Shown piece by piece: positions 1 through 11,818 of a stretch of 64,000 bases of DNA (its first letter is position 1; each line of letters opens with the position of its first letter). The notes under the pieces were generated by a model, which was given only the letters and a program-made list of their open reading frames with translations, did not search any database and was not told where the DNA came from. Position numbers and translations under genes: made by a program. Source of the DNA: Lingula anatina (taxonomy: Eukaryota > Animalia > Brachiopoda); NCBI GenBank assembly GCA_051362555.1, contig CM120648.1, forward strand, positions 20,022,587-20,086,586, given 5' to 3'.

Positions 1-3
1 GAC

Positions 4-456
4 TTGACATTTACAAAACGAGGATGCACCCTAAGAGTAACCAAATCGAAAAACAACCAGTACGGCCAGAGAACCCATATCGTTACACTCCCCTTTCGTC
101 ACGGCAGCCCTTTATGCCCCACAACAGCGCTGACAAATTTTCTGAAGATGTCCATGGACGTCCCGGAATCTGCGCCGCTCCTTGCCACTTCTTACAACGG
201 AGAGACCACTCACCTCACATCGGCAGGCTTTCGTCAAAAACTTGCGCGGTCACTTCGAGGGATCGGACTTTCCACCGCGACGTACAATACTCACAGTCTC
301 CGCAGGGGAGGAGCTACGTGGCTTCTTTCTTTCGGTACTCCTTAAGCGATGGTGAAAGCCATGGGAGACTGGTCTAGTGACGCGGTATTCCAATACATCA
401 AACCCTCGGCGGATATGAAATACGATGTAATGGTGGGAGCGCTGAAGAAAGTTTGA
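4..456 (+). pseudogene. C-terminal part of a tyrosine recombinase of a DIRS/Ngaro/PAT-type retrotransposon, with one in-frame stop
   Basis: ORF 4-345 has KSKNNQYG and HSLRRGGAT (H-x-x-R box). Reading through TAA 343-345 in frame gives AMVKAMGDWSSDAVFQYIKP...KKV* (stop ends 456), the G-x-W-x-S-x-A-x3-Y catalytic-tyrosine motif. Confidence 0.9.
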
Positions 457-744
457 ACTTGTAGTTAAATTATGAAAAAACTTTAAGTAGTGGACTGGAA
501 ATTAAAAACCTGTGACTGCCCCCAAAGACGAAGCCCACTGTTATATGTCTGGATGGCAGTTTTTTAAGTGCAATTACGTCTATTTTCATTTTCACTCACC
601 TACTCATACTCTGGGTTAGGAATTTTGAACAGCTGCAATGGGGAATACCCGCTTTAAGGGTCTGCCGCTAGACGGCGTGGGGGTGAAAGCAGTCCTTCTT
701 AAATCTCGCAGAATCTCGCTCACGGCTTTACACCAGAGTTTAAC

Positions 745-1943
745 ATGGAGCGTGTGCACGCGTCGCTGACAGTGAACCAACTCAAACGCAATTTACTTGA
801 ATGTGGTGCCATAACATCTGGATGAAAATGTGAATTGACTGAAAGGTATGTGTTTTCTTTTCATTTAGTGCTTGAAAAACAAGAATGCTAACTATTTTCC
901 TTGAAAAAAATCGAACATTAGTCGAGGTGTGTGTGTCAAATCTGACATGTTATGTACATGTAGACTACTGTAGGTACGAGTAGGCCTACGCTCATATTTT
1001 GTTTTAGTAGCACGAAAGACGAAGATTTTTTATACTTAGTAAATGTACTTATTTTTTTTTTTCTTTATAAGGTTACCCAAAGAAGGCCCATATATTGGGG
1101 GCAAAGCCTGAAACTGTCGATTTCAGGACCCCAGGACAGCCAACTTCAAGAGCAGGATAAAATGATTACTTCAGGAATCTTACCCGTCACTTCACATCAG
1201 CGGCAAAGATTGATGTAGCCACCAGTTATGCCTACCCTAAAGCCGACTTACAGGCGGCTGTGATGGACAACAACTATTGCCAAGTGCCATGAAAACAATA
1301 ATGCATGGATAGAGGGAATGATGTAAGTGAAAACAGAGGTCTAATATTAAGAATCAGGCCCAAATATGAGAAAGAATTATCAAACTAGGTGATGTGTGAC
1401 ATCATAGAAATATAAAATTGTATCTTAACTATTTAATGCTGTAACCATCTACCATGCTTTAATGGGATATGACTATTTCAGGTTGAGGAACAAACAGCGA
1501 AGGACACTGAGCATAGCAAGTTACAACAAGGAAAGAGCGCAATCTGACACAAGGAGAGACAATGGCGGATCACTGCTTCCAGATTTGGAGAGATAATGTC
1601 AGCTACAGAGAAGAAGTATATGAACAAACTGTATGAATAATTGTTGTGTCCAAAACCATTGCAGACACATGACAGTTGGACCCGGACCCGATTTCCCCTT
1701 TTTGGAATGTGTATCTCGTGCACGAATCTGGGCCTAAAGAAAACCCGCGAATACTATACTAAGTTAGAAGGCCAAATGTTCATTACAAATCGCCCATTCT
1801 GCTATTTTGCTGTGTTTACATTCAAAGATCTGTTTGTGGGGTTGATTCATTCTGACGCTGGATATTTTTCTACATGTATTTTGCCCAGGATAACTTTTTT
1901 TAATGAAAAACACTATAGAAAGTATGTGTCAACCAGTTTATAG
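745..1943 (+). pseudogene. SAP-domain + YqaJ/lambda-exonuclease-like nuclease remnant (spliced, with stops and deletions)
   Basis: 745-845 translates to MERVHASLTVNQLKRNLLECGAITSG*KCELTER (SAP-like) followed by GTATGT. From 1482: QQGKSAI*HKERQWRITASRFGEI. ORF 1641-1943 has YYTKLEGQMFITNRPFCYFAVFTFKD...ILPRITFF, the typical YqaJ C-terminal motifs. Confidence 0.8.
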
Positions 1944-2169
1944 AAAGTACCCCTGTATGAGATGGTTTTAGCTGCAATCATAATTTTGAAGTGCAATTTT
2001 AAAAAATGTTTTCACTAAAATGAAATAATTTGGTGGTGCTATATTCTTTACAAAAAGTACTTATGTGTTTATGCTGTTTTTAATAATATTTAACTGTAAT
2101 GAAAAAAAACCCATGATGTTATTTTGTAAAGTATTTTAGCGGGATGAAATAAATTGCTAGTTGTATTTA

Positions 2170-2735
2170 CAGCAAATAATTTGGTTTTTCTGCTTTTTAA
2201 AGAATTTTCAAAGTGATGACATAATGTGGTGGTTCTATTCAAGTAAAATAATTCATAAGTACTATTTTGTAAAAAGGAACAAAAAACTTAATTTGTAAAA
2301 TGTTTGCTTTCTTTAATTTTTATTTCTTAAACTGTTACAAAAAGTTTTCCATACCTACAGTAATCCATTGGCTGAGAAATTGCAGCTATATATTCAGGAA
2401 AGTTATAGCACAAATAAATTATCTAAGTATTATGTGGTTTCATGGTTTTTACTATGGACTGAATAATTATTTTGTTTAAATAAAATATTTGGTTTTGCTG
2501 CTTTTTAATGAATTTTCAGAGCGATGAAATAATATGGTGTTTCTACTCAAGTAAAACAATTCAGAAGTGCTATTTTGTAAAAAAAGAACAAAAACTGTTC
2601 ATTTATAAAATGTTTTCTTTCTTTAAATTTTATTTCTTAAACTGTTACAAAAAGATTTCCAAACATGCATTATTCCATTGGCTGAGAAATTGCATCTATA
2701 CATGAACAAATAAATTATCTAACTATACCTAGTTT
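2170..2735. repeat. Diverged AT-rich tandem duplication, ~310-bp unit, inside the ISL2EU-like element
   Basis: ~2175-2430 aligns by eye with ~2483-2730 (e.g. TTTTATTTCTTAAACTGTTACAAAA and CCATTGGCTGAGAAATTGCA in both). Confidence 0.7.
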
Positions 2736-2875
2736 TATGATTCTTACGAGGTACTGAATAATGATTTTAAATAAAAATAATTATTTAATGAACATTACCG
2801 GTCATGCTCAATACATCAATAAAAAAGGATATTACTTAATAACACAACCTTATGCGGGTAGTAGGCTACCGGGAC

Positions 2876-3219
2876 TTATATATATTTACTGACAACTCTT
2901 CTGAAATTACGGACATAAGAAAACGCACTTTGATAAATCATACTTCCTAGGGGCACTTTCTTGCTATGGAGCTCTCTTTCCAAAACTTTATAAGTTTTGC
3001 CAAGATCAATTAACCTTTTTACGTGTATTCTTTTTGAGGCAACTCGTCTATCTTTAGGGGCCTAATTACTGTTCCTGGGTCAAGTTGTAACTGACCCTTT
3101 AACATGGAAGGTGTGTTGACATGGGCAACCCTTCACTTCAAACGAAGCCCTGAATCCTCAAGAAAATTATGCCCACCTTGCCGACTTTGACATTCAGGTA
3201 CACAACAATACTGAGGCAT
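2876..3219 (-). pseudogene. Internally deleted THAP + DDE (Harbinger/ISL2EU-type) transposase remnant
   Basis: Minus strand from ATG 3219: MPQYCCVPECQSRQGGHNFLEDSGLRLK*RVA (THAP N-terminus), joined to VNTPSMLKGQLQLDPGTVI and, after a frameshift, KDRRVASKRIHVKRLIDLGKTYKVL (the RIHVER..G..K.YKIL motif). Confidence 0.8.
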
Positions 3220-4621
3220 GTTTATTAAGGCCAGTACCACAGTCCAACGTATACAATATCCAACATGGCGACCTAGGAAGGACTGAATTCACACTAGCGA
3301 CACCTGGCGCCAAGCGGGCTGGTATTCCCCATTAGTAATATTGCTACCTGTATCTAAGGGTTGCAACTCATTAACATACGGGTTGATGTACTTTGTTGAA
3401 GTAGTTAACGTTTACTGTAGTTATGTAATTTTATGTAAACTTTTATGTAGTTTTAATAAACTTTTAAGCCCGATAGTGGTTCTGGTTTTAAGTACCCTTT
3501 CCCTTTGGGAATGGTATTTAAAACCACCACTAGAGGGATGCCTAGGCTGCGGGCTCCGGATTGGTCAGCCAGCTCATGTGGCGCATTCAAAATAATTGGC
3601 AGTTAGAGCCTGGCAGCCGTTAAAGCTGGACAGCGTGTAAGGGCGCTCGAGCCCATTTTGCTTCAATTAAAATCGGCTTAAAGCAATAATAACTCTTCCT
3701 TTGAGATTCAAAATTCCGCAAAAAATACATTGAAAACAACGCCTGGAAATATATTCTATTGCATTTTCCCACTAAAACGGCTGTTATTGTAGTAAAACTA
3801 AAATCTGTGCTTGTCACTTGGGCTTTCGATGCCTTTCTTCGCGGTCGACAAGTGCATCCTTTGCTAATGACGTAATGGTGTCACGCGGATTCTCGCGTTC
3901 ATTCGGGACCAAAATAACATGGCGGGAAACCCTCAGACGTAAGTTGCGAGTTTTTTTACAGTGCGTCGGATAACGAAAAGCCCAGAATTGCACACATTGT
4001 AGATATAAATGCATTTTGAGCAAAAAAGACTAATATATCTTATGAATCTTATAATATTGATATAGTGTTGTTGTTGTCTGCTTTTCCCGCGGTTTTAAGT
4101 AGGTCACTAGAAACTATCGCTCGATACGAGAGGGCTCCGTCAGTTTAAATCTCTTAAGAGATTTTAACAAAAAACCGTACGTTTAGGAAAAAAAAACCTG
4201 GATTAACTTTGAATGCAGGAATGGGGTCGTTGACCATTGGTAAGTACGGGAAAATTGCCGTTTTTTCCAGGAAAATCGTATTTTTGGCCAAAACGAAGAG
4301 TTATTATGACTTTAAGCATAAGCGTCGAAGATTTTCCCACCCTCCCGTCCCTCATATGGGCGGAAGGCGCCTCTTACATTAGCATTACACATTTTGCGTA
4401 CATGATGTTCACTTAGTTTTTTTAACATTTGCGCTTAGTAAATGGGAATTTTGAACAGCTGCAATTAGTAATATTGCTATTTGTATCTAAGGGTTGCAAC
4501 TCATTAACATACGGGTTGATGTACTCTGTTGAAGTAGTTAACGTTTACTGTAGTTATGTAATTTTATGTAAACTTTTATGTAGTTTTAATAAACTTTTAA
4601 GCCCGATAGTGGTTCTGGTTT

Positions 4622-4763
<142 letters not shown>

Positions 4764-5181
4764 CCGGGGCAACGTTTGAAATGGCAGACTACTCCCAACT
4801 AAAATCGCCAATTTGTGAACCGCTTTGGCTCTCATCTTTCTCTATAACGTCACAGGTCAAAATAAATGTACTTGTAATCTCAACAATTTTAGTAAAAGCT
4901 CAGTAATATCAGTGCAAAACAAAATGAAAGTATAGGAAGTCATCTAACTAGGAACGTTCTTGGAAATAAAAGTGAATCAGTAGCTTTCCCGCCTTAACAC
5001 CACGTCATACATACAGTGGTGGATTTAGGGGGTTCTGAAGAGAAGATCACACTTATTTTCCGTTCTTGAAATTAGAATTTTGTCTAGCTAATTCATAGTT
5101 CTAAACCATGCCAAAAAGGCGCTGTTTACCTTCTAAAATATTCTAAGGGGGCCAAGATTCGACTTCTTATCCGAGGCCTGT

Positions 5182-5977
5182 CATTCCTAAACGGGAGGGT
5201 TGACTTCGCGTCCGTGTGGACCCCCCCTCCAAAAAACATTGCATCTACCACTGAGGGTAGCAATTACGGTAAAAAATAAGAAGGAAATGGCAAAAACAAG
5301 AATCAACCACGTCTGGTCTTTGTGTGGGTACTATCCTGAATACTTTGTATGTCAATGTCGCCATGAAACGAAACTTGCCATGAAACAAAGCTTGTTCCTA
5401 AATGAACCGAGGTACCGATCATTTAAACAACGTGCATTGTGTATAATATTTTTTACAAGTCTACTTTCTCAGTTAACGTTTACATGGGTACCACCTGACC
5501 CCGCTGAGAAAATGGATCTTCTCCTGACCACCCTGGATGCATACCTGTCTATCCATAATACTTTCATTATATTTCGACATTCCTAAACGGGAGGGTTGAC
5601 TTCGCGTCGGTGTGGCCTCTCCCCCCCCCCCCCCCCCCCTTCAAAAAATCCTGGATCTACCCCTGAGGGTAGTAATTACAGTAAACATTAAGAAGGAAAT
5701 GCCAAAAATAAAAACTGACCACGTTTGGTGTTTGTGGGGGTATTATCCTGAACACTTTGTGTATTAATGTTACCATGAAACCAAGCTTGTTCCTAAATGA
5801 ACCGAGATACCAATAATTTAAACCACGTGCATAGTTTATAATATTATTTTACAAGTCTACTTTCTCAGTTATCGTTTAAATGGGCGCCACCTGACCCAGC
5901 TGATAAAGTGGCTCTTCTCCTGAACATCCTGGATGCGTGTCTGCCTATCCATAATACTTTCATTATATTTCGACATT
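5182..5977. repeat. Tandem duplication, 2 x ~396 bp, overlapping the right end of a small CAGTGG-terminated MITE-like element (5014-5253)
   Basis: CATTCCTAAACGGGAGGGTTGACTTCGCGTC at 5182 and 5578; both copies end ATCCATAATACTTTCATTATATTTCGACATT. Confidence 0.85.
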
Positions 5978-6527
5978 TGGCAAGATTTGGTAGCTGAGTG
6001 AACATCAAAACAATAGATTCCAATTTTTTTTTTTAATTTTAAAAAGGAATTTTATGAAGTGAGATAATTGAGACCTCACAAAGACATCTCAGGAGTGTTA
6101 CAAAAATGTCCCAGTATCAAAGAAAGATTGGCTAACAAAGTGTGGGGAGGGGGGCACCTCTATCTGAGATGTACGATAAGCGACACGACGGAAATATCAG
6201 AGTGCAAAAGATCAACTTGTTTAAATTGAAATTAAAAAAAAAAGAATTTTCTATATTATTTTGTGTAGCCAACATATTTCATTTTCGTAATTGTGAAAAC
6301 AGTGTTAAAACACATTTTGCTAAAGACAGGAAAGTACCTGCCATGAAAAGTGTTACAGTTACGAAAGCTGTATGAGATAATATGTCCACACACATCGTTC
6401 CTACTGGCAGCCCTTAAATATTGTGATCCAAGGAGAATGGCTTAATCATAGCTTACGTTAATTGATATGATATGATAACCGATTACAGCACTGATTAACT
6501 CACACTCTAGTTGTCCAGATGCATTGT

Positions 6528-7058
6528 CAGGCCTACCCAACTACCAGACTCGGCACCTAAGGAGCGGACCACGCTACCCGTTTTCAAGGTGTGTGTCAGA
6601 TCGCATTTCGGAGTATCATACACCAGAACAAATTTTGTAGCACGACTGCGGGCTCATCCACGCTCGGCTGAACAACCTTAAACTGTACTCTTACTTTAGA
6701 GTACTCTATTTTATTGTCTCTATGGGGATATATGGGGACTTTACGACATTCGGTTTGAATGTTTTAACCAATTTGATAGGGCTTTTTTGCATTGTATTAG
6801 ATTAATGTGGCAGTCTAAGGTGCATCTAGGTGGCTTTCAAATTTATGCACCCGGTTTTAAAATCATATAGCGATTTTATGACAATCGTTTACTATCCAAT
6901 CAAGGTGACAGCCGAGCATGCCAGGGCTCATCCTGTCGGTGTTCTGGCTGATACTCCGAAATGCGATCTGACACACACCTTGAAAACGGGTAGTGTTGTC
7001 CGATATACCGGTTAATTCAGGATCCTTAGGTGCCGAGTCTGGTAGTTGGGTAGGCCTG
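6528..7058. mobile_element. MITE with ~90-110-bp TIRs and apparent 5-bp TSD ATTGT
   Basis: CAGGCCTACCCAACTACCAGACTCGGCACCTAAGGA... is mirrored by ...TCCTTAGGTGCCGAGTCTGGTAGTTGGGTAGGCCTG; ATTGT at 6523-6527 and 7059-7063; a related right end lies at ~14145-14235. Confidence 0.85.
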
Positions 7059-7304
7059 ATTGTACTTTGGACTCATCACCTGACAAGCACAATGTGGGAT
7101 CATGAACAGCGGACACGTCAGCGTCGTCCATGCAGCGGCACAGTAATTAAATCTCGGCTCCATTCGACTGGACGCGTGGGGAGGCGTGCGAAAGGCGGAG
7201 AGACCATTACAGGGTTTAGTGGTCTTCCTTTCAGGTAGGGTCCGTCATATTTGATATTTGGATCAGTTGGTAATCGGATATTCTATTCTGAATGTCCCGC
7301 CCCA

Positions 7305-7546
7305 TAGTGGGGTTATAAACAGTGGACACGTTTTATCAGATCTGTGTCAAGGAGAACAGGAAACCATGCTTACCATGTAAACATTATAGTTTAGTGGGGT
7401 TATAAACAGTGGACACGTTTTATCAGATCTGTGTTAAGGAGGGGAGGAAACCATGCTTACCATGTAAACATTATAGTTTAGTGGGGTTATAAACAGTGGA
7501 CACGTTTTATCAGATCTGTGTCAAGGAGAACAGGAAACCATGCTTA
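7305..7546. repeat. Tandem repeat, 87-bp unit, ~2.8 copies
   Basis: TAGTGGGGTTATAAACAGTGGACACGTTTTATCAGATCTGTG at 7305, 7392 and 7479. Confidence 0.92.
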
Positions 7547-8098
7547 CAAGCGAAACATGCGCTTCAAGAAAAACAGACAGATTTGGTCACGACTGATTTT
7601 CATTTCAAGGTCAAGATCAATGTTCTCATTGGTACAGTACTTATAAGTACCCCTATATACCAACTCTCTCATAACGCCAATCAAACGCACTTGTATTACA
7701 CTGATTGGTACTAAGGACAAAAGGGGGCGCCTCTAAATTTACTGATAAAACGAGTGGCTGTATTCCATAATTTTCGAAAAAATAAACTTATTTCATGTTT
7801 CTCGTAGTAATAAGGACAGATGAATGAGACCATAAAAGGTTTACGCGGTCTTCCTTTCATGAAGGTCAGTCATATTTAGGTGTCGGCCTTGCTAGACCTC
7901 GGCTCTTCTTGATGTGAATGCTCTCTAATATATCCACACATGGAATGCACACATCTCAAGTTAATACACTGCTAGATCAAGTTATCACTGACACTGTTAT
8001 TCTTTGTTTGACTAAACTATCATCTCATAGGGAGTTTTTTCTCCGACAATTGGCGGATTTCAGTCTTTTTGGCGTTGTAAGCACTGACAGCAACTTTC

Positions 8099-8285
8099 AT
8101 GGATAATCTTTTGATATGTACCATCTGTCTGGGAGATTATGAGGACCCCCGTGTGCTGCAAAGCTACCATACTTTATGTTATGGTTGTATATGTGACCAT
8201 ACCAAGAGAACAATGACCCCAGAAGGGCCTTTTTTTGTGTCCTGATTGCAGAGAAAAGATCCAGTGTCCACCTCAGTTTGCTTCA
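8099..8285 (+). pseudogene. TRIM-type RING finger (C3HC4) coding remnant
   Basis: MDNLLICTICLGDYEDPRVLQSYHTLCYGC...EGPF, then after a frameshift in the T-run at 8230-8236, LCPDCREKIQCPP. The third Cys appears as Ser. Not in the ORF track. Confidence 0.8.
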
Positions 8286-10789
8286 GTTTTTTTTTCTTTA
8301 TCATTGATGTGACAAAATAATACCTGGTAAATTCTGTCAATTTTCATGATGCAGTCTTGTTCAGGGATAAAACTTACGCCCCAAACCGATTGCTACCTTA
8401 GATCTACCTCAAAATAGGAAGGTATTGAATTGACGATAAAACTTTTGAGATGCCTATGCTTTTACATTGCAACGAGAAATATAACGCCGATATTTTATAT
8501 TTTCGAGGGCATTTTATTGTTTTTAAACAGCAAAGATAGACCCATAATTGAATAATTAGATGTAGGAAATATCTCATTATCAATATCTAGATAATAACAA
8601 AGGCTTACAATACCCTTAAGATTAATCAGTATATTTATCCCTAATAACCAGCACGCAGCTCTTCAGGCCGAGTCCTATAGTGACGTCATCCCTTATTTAG
8701 CAAGCGGTGACCCCGCCTGATGCAAGGCCTGCTCTATTAAAAAAAAAATCTCTGAACTTCTTTTTGTGAATTAGGTATGACTTCCCTTGTTTTGTTTTGT
8801 TTTTCAGATAAGTCTTCCAAATATATTTATACACTATAGCTAATAAGTCCCCGGTCACTTTAATAGCACACGCTGTCTACATCAGACGCACTAATGCGCA
8901 CGTCCCCGACAGTGTTAATGATAGGGGGATTACGATGGACAGCGCATGTTGCTCACAGCAGTAGGCACTGCCGCCGAAGTTAAACCGGTAATTAAGTCTT
9001 TAACTTGACTAAACATGTTTTGCTTTGTAACTTGCGTCCTTCAGTCTTGCTGTTGCGGAAGCGCCGGCGGGACATATCTCCACCTTGCCGATATTTATCC
9101 CGACTCTCGACTTTAAAAGTATTATTTGTTTTGATTTTATCAAAGTCTTATTATATCAGAAAACCTGAATATTTTCATACGTTAAGAGAATTATAGAAAC
9201 TGTAGAAAAAGCTACTCGTACATCAGGGATAAAAAACAACACCTTGCAGCACTATTACCTATTATTCATCACCAGAAGTTACTGTTTCACTTTTTTCTCC
9301 CAAATTACAAAGTCTGATGACAACTGAAAGCCTTTAGCCATACCTCAGGGCAGTGGGAGATAGTCTGGATTTGATTAAATGTAATAAAAGTATATTTTGA
9401 AGAATTTTCCTAGCCTTCGGCAATTTCCGCAAAGCTTCGGCATGCGCGGCAATACAGAGCTGTCGATATCTGTATGCGTGAACAATAGAATTGGTGGAAC
9501 AACGGTTAACGTCGTTGAGTCGTCTGCAACCTACCCGTCGGGAGATCGTGTCCCTATTGGTACTTTTGAAGATTTTGAAATTGTCATTATTATAAATATC
9601 TATTAATATATAAAACAGTCGTGGCTAATTGTTTTTGCAACGGAAAGCACAGTAGGAAGGTTTGTTGTTATTGTTAAAGTTATTATTACTGGGGACATAA
9701 ATTAGTATGCTAATCTCTTATCATGCTAATCTCGTATAATGATTGATACGATGGGTATCAAATAGTTTTCCATTGATATAAACAACAAAAGATCGGCCTT
9801 CCAAATATCTTTGCTGAATGTTTATAACGTAGGTACTATTATGCGCAAAAATATTGATACATGACGCAAACGACATTTACTAATTTTGGTAATATCAATT
9901 TTAATTAAAATCAAATTTAATTGAAATTAAAATTAAAATTTGTCTAAACGTGCATATTACCATTCACCTTGTTTAAAGGGTTCGCAACACTTTACATTCT
10001 AATACATTTTGCCAATTTTCATGTTTGCTAGTTTATTTTGATTTGAGAGAAAGCGAGAGAAGACCCTCTACTAGGGCCGCAAATTAATTATGAGTATTTT
10101 TCTTCAGTGCAAGAGACTGTGTAATGAAAAATCAATCTGTAACTCTGGTATAGGGTGGCCTTGTGTGTGTAATAATATACAAGTAGGGGCAGGGGTACAG
10201 TTTTATAGTACAAATAGTAATTTTATACATCTTATTGATCTCATCGTCGGGTCATTGTTTACAATAGCGCTTTGTCGCTGTGCGTACCTTTTTGCATTTG
10301 AGTTAGACTCAGTCAGTAACAGCTGGTGATTTTGTCTTTTTTGCGTTTCATTGACAATATTTTGGCCACCTAAGTAGGGAAATGTGGCTCTTTGTTTTGA
10401 AATGACATTTCCATTGTTCCTTTGAACATGCAAAAGTCAACACACTTACGTCAACATACTTACTTTGTAATACCAACCCAGGGGAAGAAACAAAAGCCTC
10501 ATAAGGTGTCGTCATTCACACTGTAAAAGGTGTTAATATCATGCTTCTATTGTTTGCCCATGAATCATTATGACAAATTTGTAGGGTTGCCAGATCACTG
10601 GCGCTTCATTCAATTCTCTATATCTACCCTGCAGCCTGGGATGAGTGATACTTGACTGACCTTTGTTTACATCTGGAGATTTTCTTTATAATTCGATCAG
10701 TGTGCATAAATTATGATATTTTCCATCAGGAAAAATACGTGATAATGTTACGATTCCTATTTTACGGATACATAATTACAAAAATTAAT

Positions 10790-11818
10790 TCCTGATTTAA
10801 TACCCCCTATTTCAGCGCCTATTCCTGGCTGCGTTAATTATGGGGGGTTGGAAAGTAATCCGTTAGAACGCAGGAGTGATGATTGCTACTCTTACCAATG
10901 GTGCATCACCGATCAACTAATCTCAGCCACCTGAAGCAGAATCACCAACAAAAGACAAATTGGACTACATCTGCCTTCTTGTTGAGACATCTTATGTAAA
11001 AAAGGCGATAACGATCAAAACATACGTGCTTCGCGGTTTATTAAATGTTCATCGTATTTTTTCGTTCGTTATTCTTATGAGTTAAGCAGCTTCACCTCCG
11101 TGACACCCTTTTTATTTATTTAAACCATTGTTAGATAAACCATGGGTTTCACTCCAGATTTCACGATCGAGCAGCTGATCATGAGGAGAGTGTAGCATGC
11201 TATAGTAAACTACCCCAAATATATATACAACACCTCCAGGGTTTCACGATCGAGCAAATGATCATGAGGAGAGAGTGTAGCAGAGAACTTCATTAATGGT
11301 CGTCATAATTGGTGGTTGCCTTGGGAAAATGAGTTACATGATTACATAATACAGATACATAATAACATAAGATTAATACTAAAATTTTCCCTGATACAAA
11401 AACCCCTATTTGAGCGCTTATTCCTGACTGCGTTAATTACGGGTGATTAGAAAGTAATCTATGAGGACGCAGGAGCGATGATCGCTACTCTTACCAACGG
11501 TAAATCACCGATTTACTTGACTCCGCTACTTCGAGCAAAATCACACACCACCAAAAGACAAATTAGACCACGTTCGTCCTCTTATTAAAACAAAGAATGT
11601 AAAAATGTGATGTCGGTCAAAGAAGAGGCCTAGACTACGTGCTTCATGGTTTATTAGATAGGCCTATTCATTGGATTTTTTTATTTCATTATTATAGCTT
11701 CACCTCGCGAGACCCTTTTTTATGTATTTAAAACACAGCACCCCACTGGTTTCGCGATCATGAAGAAAGGGAGTGTAGCAAAGAACCTCATTAATGGTCG
11801 TAATAATAGGTGGTTGCA
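10790..11818. repeat. Old tandem duplication (~600-bp spacing)
   Basis: CCCTATTT(C/G)AGCGC(C/T)TATTCCTG(G/A)CTGCGTTAATTA at ~10805 and ~11403; similarity continues to CATTAATGGTCGT...GGTGGTTGC. Confidence 0.75.

Larger units (their letters stand above)
640..3330. mobile_element. Degenerate ISL2EU-like DNA transposon (convergent SAP-YqaJ nuclease and THAP-DDE transposase genes)
   Basis: TIR GGGGAATACC at 640-649 and GGTATTCCCC at 3321-3330; AT duplication at 638-639 and 3331-3332; uninterrupted empty site at 4445-4480; both internal gene remnants recognisable. Confidence 0.88.
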
